A stretch of 20,000 nucleotides of DNA, taken from the NCBI RefSeq assembly GCF_004010195.1, contig NC_057751.1, positions 16,591,792 to 16,611,791 on the forward strand, read 5' to 3'. Origin of the DNA: Chiloscyllium plagiosum (Eukaryota). This document shows positions 10,695 to 19,819 of this stretch, in pieces. Made by a program: the position numbers and the translations under genes. The notes below the pieces were generated by a model that saw only the letters and a program-made list of their open reading frames with translations, searched no databases and was not told where the DNA came from. Within the stretch, counting starts at the first letter, position 1; each line of letters starts with the position of its first letter.

Positions 10695-11035
10695 TTTTCA
10701 GGAGAGCTCAGAAAGGCAGGGCTCGCTGCACTCGGAACGGAGGAGGCTGCGGGGAGACGTGATTGAAGTGTACAAGATTGTGAGGGACCTGGTGCGGGGA
10801 ATGATCTCGGAGCAGAGGGGTTGGTGACCAGGGGGCATCGAGTTAACGTGATGGGTTAGAGGAGCAACCCATTGCCTGAAAGGGTAGTCAAGACAGAAAC
10901 CCATTGAAATGGCGTCTGGAAAGCAATGGAAATCCCATCACCTCCAGGGATAAGGGGCAAACGCTGGAACTTGGGATGAGGGCAGGTGGATGTTGGCAGG
11001 CAAGCGCGATGGGCAGAGTTGTCTCCTTCTGTATC
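10695..11035 (+). mobile_element. Diverged CR1-clade 3' fragment
   Basis: ctcggaacggaggaggctgcggggagacgtgattgaagtgtacaagattgtgagggac encodes the SERRRLRGDVIEVYKIVR motif. Confidence 0.75.
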
Positions 11036-11384
11036 ATTTGCCTTTTTAAAAAATATTTAATAAGAGATGGAATATGGAGAGGGAGCGAGCGGATGAAGTG
11101 CCCCCTGAGGAGCTCCAGCACAGAAACAATGAGCCAACAGAACTTCTTCAAACCAAAGCATAAACAGAGAGTCGAGTGCACGCGCCCCTCAACCCCAGTA
11201 AGTACTCACCAGCGGAAACCGCCGAATAACGGTCTCGAGGACAATCCAATTATCGGCCTGTCTGCCGGGAAGCTTGGGGGGGGCACAGTGATGCAAACAC
11301 CCGAGTGTAGCACCCACACAGAGGTGAGCTGGCTCAGGAAGCAAGCCTGCACTGTGAACCCCAACCACTATTTATTCCTTAAAA

Positions 11385-12063
11385 TTCCTCGCAGGCATTG
11401 GTGGCAAGGCCAATCTTTGTTGCCCATCGGGCGTTGCCTTTGAACCAAGGGGCTGGCTACACTAGTCAGCTGGGCGGCACAATGATTAGCGCTGCTGCCT
11501 CACGGCACCAGGGACCCAGGTTCGATTCCAGCCTCGGGCAACTGTCTGTGTGAAGTTTGCACAATCTCCCCAGTCTGCGTGGGTTTCCTCCCACAGTCCA
11601 AAGATGTGCAGGTTAGGGTGGATTGGCCATGCTAAATTACCCATAGTGCTCAGGGATGTGCAGGTTAGGGTGGATTGGCCATGCTAAATTACCCGTAGAG
11701 TTAGGTGCATTAGTCAGGGGGAAATGGTTCTGGGTGGGTTACTCTTCGGAGGGTCGGTGTGGACTATTTGGACTGAAGGGCCTGTTTCTACACTGTAGGG
11801 AGTCTAATCTGAAGAGTCACCCACACTGCTGTGGGTCTGGAGTCACATGTGTGAATGCATTTCCCAATGGACAGTCGCAACCACATGAGTTTTTTTTTAA
11901 AAAAATACAAATCAATGGTCAGTTCATGACCATCATTACTGAGATGGGTTTTCACCAATGCATTGAATTTAAATTCTATTCGCTACCGTGACATGATTTG
12001 AACCATTAGCCTGGCTCCCTGGATTACTCAGCGAATGACATAACCACAACGCCGGCTGCTCCC
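11385..12063 (-). mobile_element. tRNA-derived SINE (DeuSINE/SacSINE1-like), split by a V-SINE insertion
   Basis: Minus-strand head gggagcagccggcgttgtggttatgtcattcgctgagtaatccag...ggttcaaatc (about 11995-12063). Body 11812-11990, tail fragment 11385-11465. Family assignment from recall. Confidence 0.55.
11472..11810 (+). mobile_element. V-SINE (HE1-like) with an internal 40-bp tandem duplication
   Basis: Pol III B-box GGTTCGATTCC at 11519-11529, V-domain (gtctgcgtgggtttcctcccacagtccaaagatgtgcaggttag) and a CR1-type tail (gaagggcctgtttctacactgta). Confidence 0.88.
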
Positions 12064-12545
12064 TTTCCTTTGTGGGACTTGGGCGTCGCTTGGGCATTGA
12101 TAGCCCACCCCCTGTGTGCCCCCTTGAGAAGGTGGGGGTGAGCGGCCATCTTGACTCGCTGACCCACAATGCCCTGAGGGAGGGAATTCCAGGATTTTGA
12201 CCCAACAGCTGTAAAGGAACAGCCGATACATTTCCAAGTCAGGGTGGTGAGTGGCTCGGAGGGGAACCCGCAGGGGGTGGTGCCCCTGATTCCTGGTCGC
12301 CTTAGTTCATGGAATGCCCTGCCAGTAGCAGTGGTGGACTCTCCCTCATTATGGGCATTTAAGCGGGCATTGGATAGGCATATGGAGGATAGTGGGCTAG
12401 TGTAGGTTAGGTGGGCTTGGATCGGCGCAACATCGAGGGCCGAAGGGCCTGTACTGCGCTGTATTCTTCTATGTTCTATGTTGTCCCTCCAGATGGAAGT
12501 GGTCGTGGGTTTGGAAGGTGCTGCCTGAGGAACTTTGGTGAATCT
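12064..12545 (-). mobile_element. L2/CR1-group non-LTR element 3' portion, interrupted by a CR1 tail
   Basis: gggagggaattccaggattttgaccca...tttccaagtcagg is shared with 13160-13230 and, inverted, with 16440-16510. Confidence 0.7.
12309..12480 (+). mobile_element. Short CR1-clade 3' tail insertion
   Basis: WNALPVAVVDSPSLWAFKRALD peptide, followed by gggccgaagggcctgtactgcgctgtattcttctatgttctatg. Confidence 0.8.
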
Positions 12546-12824
12546 CATCGAATTTTAAACCCTGAATCATCACAGCTTCAACAGTTTCTGTTCAAGGCGA
12601 TCCAAGCTCTTTCCATTTACTTCTTTGCCAACTGGGATGCAGTCAGAAGGGATGCATGTGCTGTTTGCATTTCCTTAGAGACAGAAGTGGCAATTTGGCG
12701 GACAGAAATCATCAGCAAAAGAACTTTGTTTCGGACAGCCTCGCTACAAAGCACAAGCTGACACAGGAAAGAGCAAACACAGCGCACAGCAAGAGCTCAG
12801 AGAGTGGGAGCAGAGTCGCCTTAC

Positions 12825-12899
12825 CCTGTCTTGCTTGTACTCCTCGTACTCTGGATTGTCAGTGGGCAACTCGAGTCTGCACAACGGACAGGAATTCGT
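12825..12899 (-). CDS. RNF181: RNF181 coding exon 4 (75 nt): [25 protein letters not shown]
   Basis: Acceptor ccctcAG at 12900-12901, donor GTAAG at 12823-12824, phase 0/0. Carries the final CPLC pair of the RING-H2. Confidence 0.96.
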
Positions 12900-13473
12900 C
12901 TGAGGGAACAGAACAGGAGAGGTGAGCACGACTGAGCAAGGCAGACGGTGAGCCACTGGTACCTAGACCGACCGATGGAGAAGCTCGCTACGTTCCTAAC
13001 CCCACCCACGCTGTTTATGGAATGCGTCTCATTGCACTGCCTCCTGTAGGGTATGGTAACAGAACAAGGTAAAACAAGGGGCAAAGCTCTTTATTGGTGG
13101 GATAGGTGAGCTGCCTTCTTGAGTCGCTGCAGTCCATATACTTGACCCACAAGGCCATTAGGGAGGGAGTTCCAGGAGTTTGACCCAGCGACACTGAAGG
13201 AATGACCAAAATATTGCCAAGTCAGGACGGTGAGGGGCTCGGAGGGGAACCAGCAGGGGGTGGTGTTCCCATGTATCTGCTGCACCTTGTCCTTCTAGAC
13301 GGAAGTGATCGTGGGGTTTGAAAGGTGCTGCCTGAGATACTTTGGTGAATTTCTGTAGTGCAGCTTGTAGCTGGTGCACACTGTTGTTACTGAGCATCAC
13401 TGGTGCAGGGAGTGGATATTTGTGGATGTGGTGCCAATCAAGCAGACTGCTTTGTCCTGGAAGCATAGGGCTT

Positions 13474-13940
13474 CATAGATTCCCTCCAGCGTGGAAACAG
13501 GCCCTTCGGCCCAACAAGTCCATAGCGACCCTCCGATGAGTAACCCATCCAGACCCATTCCCCTACCCTATTACTCTACATTTACCTCTGACTAATGCCT
13601 GAAGAAGGGCCTGTGCCCGAAACGTCGAATCTCCTGTTCCCTGGCTGCTGCCTGACCTGCTGTGCTGTTCCAGCAATAAAGTTTCAACTTTGATCTCCAG
13701 CATCTGCAGACCTCACTTTCTCCTCTGACTAATGCACCTACCCTATACATCCCTGAACATGATGGGTAATTTAGCATGGCCAATCCACCCTAACCTGCAC
13801 AGTCTTTGGAGTGTGGGAGGAAACCGGAGCACCCGGAGGAAGCCCACGCAGACACGGGGAGAAAGTGCAAACTCCACACAGAAATCGCCCCGAGGCTGGA
13901 ATCGAACCTGGGACCCTGGTGCGGAGACAGCAGTTGCTAG
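13474..13940 (-). mobile_element. V-SINE (HE1-like), interrupted by a hammerhead mini-insertion
   Basis: B-box at 13898-13908 (minus), V-domain at 13790-13880, CR1-type tail at 13474-13520. Reverse-complement paralogue of 11472-11810. Confidence 0.88.
13599..13721 (+). mobile_element. 123-bp PLE-end insertion starting at a hammerhead core
   Basis: CTGAAGA-a-GGGC ctgt GCCC-GAAACGTC-gaat at 13599-13630. Perfect 14-bp TSD cctctgactaatgc (13585-13598, 13722-13735). Confidence 0.88.
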
Positions 13941-14127
13941 CTTCGAGTGGTGTTGGAGTTGCCTCCCATCCAGGGCAAATGGGGAGTATTCCATCACACC
14001 CTCCTGACTTGAGCCTTGCCGATGATAGGGCAGGCTTTGGGGAGCCAGGAGGGGAGTTACTCGCTGCAGGATTCCAGCCTCTGACCTGCTACTGTAGCCA
14101 CTTGTAGCAGGGCTAATCGAGGTTCTT

Positions 14128-14340
14128 GTCAAGATTAGAGTGGTGCTAGGAAAGCTCAGCAACTCAGGCAGCATCCGAGGAGCAGGAAAACCGACGTTTC
14201 GGGCATTTCCTGAAGAAGATTATTTGGCCCGAAATGTCAATTTTCCCGCTCCTCGGATGCTGCCTGAGTTGCTGTGCGTTTCCAGCACCACTCTAATCTT
14301 GACTCTGATCTCCAATATCTGCAGCACGCACTTTCACACA
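14128..14340. mobile_element. Palindromic PLE-end element (77-bp arms, family B), hammerhead degenerate
   Basis: Arms at 14128-14204 and 14227-14303 are near-perfect reverse complements, then a tail tctccaatatctgcagcacgcactttc. CTGAAGA at 14210-14216 with disrupted stem II and GAAATGTC. Confidence 0.8.
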
Positions 14341-14427
14341 ATTGAGTGTCTAGTCAACTGTAACTCCAGGATGTCAATAGTAGGGATTCAGTGATGGTAA
14401 ACCACTGAATATCAGGGGGCAGTAGTT

Positions 14428-14831
14428 AGAGGAGCGTCAGAGGCTGAGGGGTGACTTTATAAAGTTTACAAAATTATGAGGGGGCATGGATAGGGTAAAT
14501 AGAAAAGTCTTTTCCCTGGGGTTGGGGAATCCAGAACTAGAGGGGCATAGGTTTAGGGGGAAGAGGGGAAAGATATAAAAGAGACCTAAGGGGCAACCTT
14601 TTCACGCAGAGGGTGGTACGTGTATGGAATGAGCTGCCAGAGGATGTGGTAGAGGCTGGAACAATGACAGCATTTAAAAGGCATCTGGATGGGTATGTGA
14701 ATAGGAAGGGTTTGGAGGGATATGGGCCGGGTACTGGCAGGTGGGACTAGATTGGGTTGGGATATCTGGGTCGGCATGGACGGGTTGGACCGAAGGGTCT
14801 GTTTCTGTGCTGTACATCTCTATGACTCTAT
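14428..14831 (+). mobile_element. CR1-clade (HER1-like) LINE 3' end
   Basis: Highly similar to 19258-19645; tail ctgtgctgtacatctctatgactcta. Confidence 0.9.
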
Positions 14832-15355
14832 GTTCAAAGCCCAGGCATTTGTGCTGTGTGAATGTTACTCACCTTGGGAGCCTAAACCTGGATATTCTTC
14901 AGGTCTTGCTGTATTTGAACACGGAGTGCTTCAGTCCATAAATGTGGACAGAGCAAAGAAAATGCTGGAAGGCAGCGAAAGATCAACTCACACTTCAAAT
15001 GGGACTTTTGGTTAGAATGCTTGGCTGTACTGCCTTTGCCTCAGACGTGACTTTGATCCCCTCGATTGAACCAAGTCAGGAAGGGGACGAGAAATAGGTG
15101 AGGAGCAGCCGAAGTGGAGGGAAGCACGGTGGACTGGACACGGATGTGCAGTTCAGTCTGCAATCGCTCAGAAAATTGAACAGCTCAGAACAACGAGGTT
15201 TCAGCCAGAGAGATGAGCCACTCAGAAAGCTTTGAGTCATCCATAGTGAAGGAGATTACCAATCACAGTCAGAGGAAAGGGAAGCGAAGGATGGAAAGCT
15301 AAAACTGTCCGAGTCAACGGAAACAACTCAAGACGTAAGACAGGCACCCACATAC

Positions 15356-15471
15356 CTTTCCCAACCAGGGCACGAGACAACCAGAGTGGAAGAAATGTTC
15401 ACACGGCATCTTCTTCACCTTCTCCTCTTCCTCAAACTCCAGTAAACAGACCGGACACTTCAGGCCTTTAT
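15356..15471 (-). CDS. RNF181: RNF181 coding exon 3 (116 nt): (D)[39 protein letters not shown]-terminal part of the RING-H2 domain
   Basis: Translated by hand (absent from the ORF track). Acceptor ctcAG at 15472-15473, donor GTATG at 15354-15355. Contains the CPVC...CEH..HSGC..PWL RING-H2 ligands. Confidence 0.96.
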
Positions 15472-15619
15472 CTGAGTGACAAAAACATTAACAGCTCTCA
15501 TTCTAACAAGGCACACGATTATAGTGTTACTGCATGCAGCCTTATGACAGGTTTCTGCCACTTGGTTCACAAATACTGAAAACACTGGAAATATCAGCGG
15601 ATCAGATAGCATCTGTACG

Positions 15620-15647
15620 GAGAGCGAGAGAGAGAGAGAGAGAGCGA
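15620..15647. repeat. (GA)n microsatellite, interrupted
   Basis: gagagcgagagagagagagagagagcga. Confidence 0.85.
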
Positions 15648-15714
15648 GCACGCTCCATATTTGGTGTCTCGTAACATTTGTCAGAATGAATCTTAATTTT
15701 GAGAGTAATTCCTA

Positions 15715-15825
15715 GTTTTTGTTCCCCATCACTGATGATGAGCTGCTTTCTTGAACCACTGCAGTCCATGTGATGTAGGGACATGGTGTTGTTAAGGAGG
15801 AGATTCCAGGTTATTATTTTGCAAG
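15715..15825 (-). mobile_element. Short L2/CR1-group tail fragment
   Basis: gagctgctttcttgaaccactgcagtccatgtg...gattccagg is similar to 13108-13180. Confidence 0.6.
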
Positions 15826-16129
15826 GGATCAAGAAGTATCGAGAATTGTTTGTTCTCCTGCAGGAAACTGAACAGACAAAAGGAAGTCTCGACAGGAATT
15901 AGCGTGCAGGGATGCAGGGAGCGCTTGGGGGAATGGGATTCACTGGATTAACGCTACCAGGCTGAATGGCCTCAATTTGTGACACACTGACTTTCTGCCC
16001 CCCCAAGGTTAAGGATTAAACCTCGAACCTGCTGATCTGTATTACGTATGACACCAATGACGTGACAATTCTGAACTGTGGACTCTGCAGATTGCTACGG
16101 ACACCAACCCTGGCCCCGAAAAGTCTTAC

Positions 16130-16263
16130 CTGCTTGTGCGGGTGTCACAGGGACTGTCGGGAGGTTCTGCACAATCTCCTTTTTAGCAGCGGGTGGCAGG
16201 CGGTGATCCCAGTCAGAGATATCCACCTGCCCGAGGTCGAGATCGATCCCTGCCAGCAAAGAC
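16130..16263 (-). CDS. RNF181: RNF181 coding exon 2 (134 nt): (R)SLLAGIDLDLGQVDISDWDHRLPPAAKKEIVQNLPTVPVTPAQA(D)
   Basis: Acceptor ttgcAG at 16264-16265 and donor GTAAG at 16128-16129 on the minus strand. The peptide matches the vertebrate RNF181 motif DWDHxLPPPAAKxVVxNLP as I recall it. The phase 1 end joins exon 3 in frame. Confidence 0.95.
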
Positions 16264-16394
16264 CTGCAACCAACACAAAAGTAGAATGACACCCGTCGGT
16301 TAATGTGCATTTAATTCACTCTCCTAATCTTCACTGTTCTCCTTCACCAAAGGAGAAGCAGACTGTTCAGACCCTCCGGTCTACCCCAGGGAGC

Positions 16395-16650
16395 AGATAC
16401 ATGGGAACACCACCCCCTGGCAAGCTGCCCCTCAAGCCATCCCAAATTGGAAATATTTCGGCTGTTCCTCTAGTGTCGCTGGGTCAAAATCCTGGAACTG
16501 CCTCCCTAATTGCGCTGCGTGGGGGTCCGTACGCCACACTGACTGCAGCCGTTCAAGAAGGTGGCTCATCAAAGGGGCAATTAGGGATGGGCAATAAACA
16601 CTGGCCTCGCCAGTGGCACCCACCGCCCTTGAAAGAATCAATTTTTTAAA
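16395..16650 (+). mobile_element. L2/CR1-group 3' end, inverted relative to the copies at 12064 and 13090
   Basis: catgggaacaccacc...gtcgctgggtcaaaatcctggaac...gggcaattagggatgggcaataaa. Confidence 0.75.
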
Positions 16651-18237
16651 AAAGCTATTAATAACCCTGTAGGAAAACAGAACATTTCTTTACTCAGAAC
16701 GGAGAGAATGTAGGTCTCGCTAATGAGAGGAAACGGTTGAGGCAAATCATTCCGGTGCTTTCTAAAGGGAACTGAAGCCGAGAGAAAAAACCAGAAGGCT
16801 GAGATGAGGTGGACAGAATAAGAGGTGTCCGCACACTTGTGTATACAGCGGCCTGTTTCCGTGGTGTATATTCCATTTTTGTTTGGAACACCACGCTTCA
16901 TTCAATGTTAGCTTACAATCCTTCATTTCCTCCCTATATTAGCCAATCCATTCCTTTCAAAATTACTGCCCTCCACTGCAATCCTTCCTTGGCCTCGCAC
17001 ATCTTTCCAAGCTTATTTCTACAGCTTTTCCATACCTTCTCAACATACTTCTGCTGATAAAGGCTATCCCCAAAATTCTGTTTCTCCAACTCTCTGAACC
17101 TAGCTGCCAAACAAATTAGGGGAAGGAGGAGAGCTAAAATTCAGAATGACAGAAGAGAGAATATTTCAAAATACAGGAAAAGGTGGTGTAGACATGAAGG
17201 CAAGGCTGGATTATGTCTGAAGCAGAGATGATCACCAATTTGCACTTTATCCAGCTTTTTGAAAGAATACTTTGCATCAGTGCTTGCTGTGGAGAAGGAC
17301 ATGGAAGATACAGAATGTGGGGAAGTAGATGGTGACATCTTGAATAAACGTCCATCTTACTAAGGAAGTGGTGCTGGATATCTTTCAACGCATAAACATA
17401 GATAAATCCCCAGGGCCCTGATCAGGTGCACCCTAGAGTTCTGTGGGAAGCTAGGGAAGTGATTGCTGGACCTCTTGCGGAGATATTTCGATCATCGATA
17501 GTCACAGGTGAGGTGCCAGAAGACTGGAGGTTGGCTAACGTGGTGCCACCGTTTAAGAAGGGCGGTAAAGACAAGTCAGGGAACTATAGACCAGTGAGTC
17601 TGACCTCAGTGGTGGGCAAGTTGTTGGAGGGAATCCTGAGGGACAGGATGTACATGTATTTAGAAAGCCAAGACTGATTCAGGATAGTCAACATGGCTTT
17701 ATGCGTGGGAAATCATGTCTCAGAAACTTGAGGATTGATGAGGGCAGAGTGGTGGATGTGATCTATATGGACTTCAGTAAGGTGTTCAACTAGCTAGCAA
17801 GGTTAGATCTCATCGAATACAGGGAGAACTAGCCATTTGGATACAGAATTGGCTCGAAGGTAGAAGACAGAGGGTGGTGGGGGAGGGTTGGAATGGAGGC
17901 TGTGACCAGTAGCGTGCCACAAGGATCCACTACTCTTTGCCATTTATATAACGGATTTGAATACGAACGTAAGAGGTATAGTATGTTAGTTCGTGAATGA
18001 CACCAAAATTGGAAGTGTAGTGGACAGCGAAGAAGGTTACCTCAGAGTACAACAGAATCGTGACCAGATGGGCCAATGGGCTGAGGAGTGGCAGATGGAG
18101 TTTAATTTAGATAAATGTGGGGTGCTGCATTTTGGAAAGGCAAATCAGGACAGGATTCATACACTTAATGGTTAAGTCCTGGGGAGTATTTCTGAATAAA
18201 GGGACCTTGGAGTGCAGGTTCATAGCTCCTTGAAAGT

Positions 18238-18994
18238 TGTTGTGGTTCTGCTCGCCGAGCTGGGAATTTGTGTTGCAGACGTTTCGTCCCCTGTCTCGGT
18301 GACATCCTCAGGGCTTGGGAGCCTCCTGTGAAGCACTTCTGTGATCTTTCCTCCGGCATTTATAGTGGTTTGTATCTGCCGCTTCCGGTTGCAGTGGTTA
18401 GTATATTGGGTCCAGGTCGATGTGTTTATTGATTGAATCTGTGGATGAGTGCCATGCCTCTAGGAATTCCCTGGCTGTTCTCTGTTTGGCTTGTCCTATA
18501 ATAGTAGTGTTGTCCCAGTCGAATTCATGTTGCTTGTCATCTGCATGTGTGGCTACTAAAGCTAGCTGGTCATGTTGTTTCGTGGCTAGTTGGTGTTCAT
18601 GGATACGGATCATTAGCTGTCTTCCTGTTTGTCCTATGTACTGTTTTGTGCAGTCCTTGCATGGGATTTTGTACACTACGTTGGTTTTGCTCACGCTGGG
18701 TATCGGGTCCTTCGTTTTGGTGAGTTGTTGTCTGAGAGTGGCTGTTGGTTTGTGTGCCGTTATGAGTCCTAGTGGTCGCAGTAGTCTGGCTGTCAGTTCG
18801 GAGATGTTTTCGATGTATGGTAGTGTGGCTAGTGCTTTGGGTTGTGGCATATCCTCATTCCATTGTCTTTCCCTTAGGCATCTGTTGATGAAATTGCGGG
18901 GGTATCCGTTTTTGGCGAATACATTGTATAGGTGTTCTTCTTCCTCTTTTTGCAGTTCTGGTGTACTGCAGTGTGTTGTGGCCCTTTTGAACTT
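18238..18994 (-). mobile_element. 5'-truncated Penelope-like retroelement (Poseidon-like): RT C-terminus, GIY-YIG endonuclease and terminal hammerhead
   Basis: 198 uninterrupted codons (18401-18994) with NGYP, LPY, NVVYKIPC..C...YIGQTGR...RIHEH and REFLEAWH motifs. Perfect 11-bp TSD tccttgaaagt (18227-18237, 18995-19005). Confidence 0.93.
18275..18314 (-). ncRNA. Minimal type-I hammerhead motif (family C) at the PLE terminus
   Basis: Minus strand: gcc-CTGAGGA-t-GTCACC gagaca GGGGAC-GAAACGTC-tgc. Core intact, one stem I mismatch (gcc where gca would pair). Confidence 0.72.
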
Positions 18995-19819
18995 TCCTTG
19001 AAAGTGAAGTCTCAGGTAGATAGCATAGTGAAGAAGGCGTATAGTATGCTTCCTTATTTGGCCATAGCACTGAGTATAGGAGTTGCGAGGCCATGTTGCA
19101 GCTCTCCACAACACTGGATAGGCCACTGTTGGAATACTGCATGCAATTCTGGTCTCCCTCCCTTAGGACGGATGTTGTGAAACTTGAAAGGATTCAAAAA
19201 GATTTACAAGGATGTTGCCAGGGTTGGAGGCTGAATCGGGTGGGCAGTTTTTTTTTGGAGTGTCGGAGGCTGAATGGTGACCTTATAGAGGTTTACAAAA
19301 TTATGAGGGGCATGGATAGGGTAAACAGACAAGATCTTTTCTCTGGGGTGGGTAAGTCCAGAACTAGAGGGCATAGGTTTAGGGTGAGAGGGGAAAGAGA
19401 TAAAAGAGACCTAAGAGGCAACTTTTAAACTCAGAGGGTGGTACATGTATGGAATGAGCTGCCAGAGGAAGTGGTGGAGGCTGGTACAATGACAACGCAT
19501 CTGGATGGGTATATGAATAGGAAGGGTTTGGAGGGATATGGGCCAAGTGCTGGCAAATGGACGAGATTAATTTAGGATATCTGGGTGGGCATGAGCGAGT
19601 TGGACGGAAAGGTCTGTTTCCGTGCTGTACATCTCTATGACTCTAAATCTGCTGTGCTCCCTGGAGCAATACCAGGAGGAACCCCTCTTTACATTCAGAG
19701 AGCAAACAAAAACAGCTTCAGAAAATGCTGAGAAGGCGTAACAGATCATTCACATCCACAAGGCAAATGTACATCATAGTGAAAGACCATTTAGACGCGT
19801 CTGCGCCAATATGACAACT

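Larger units (their letters stand above)
13090..14427 (-). mobile_element. L2/CR1-group non-LTR element 3' portion (host of nested insertions)
   Basis: Degenerate RT C-terminal motif (GVMEYSPFA at about 13970-14000; SWNSLPN at about 13155-13175). The host sequence resumes across the insertions at 13474-13940 and 14128-14340. Confidence 0.7.
17262..19645 (+). mobile_element. CR1-clade (HER1-like) LINE, 5'-truncated, decayed RT, interrupted by a Penelope insertion
   Basis: Peptides EVPEDWRLANVVPPFKKGGKDKSGNYRPVSLTSVVGKLLE, WAEEWQMEFNLDKCGVLHFG, RPLLEYCMQFWSP and RRLNGDLIEVYKIMRG are spread over several frames with stops and deletions; intact 3' tail. Confidence 0.93.

Noticed and set aside
10904..11443. 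179-aa ORF
   Set aside because: Begins in a CR1 remnant, ends in a SINE tail, is antisense within intron 4 and has no recognisable homology.
11472..11545. tRNA gene
   Set aside because: B-box present, but it continues into the V-domain and LINE tail, so it is a SINE head without a complete cloverleaf.
18420..19001. 193-aa Cys-rich plus-strand ORF
   Set aside because: Antisense shadow of the PLE reading frame.
18398..19126. 242-aa ORF as a stand-alone nuclease gene
   Set aside because: It starts at GTG, and the first 44 codons are antisense CR1 sequence outside the TSD. This is a chance fusion to a truncated PLE.
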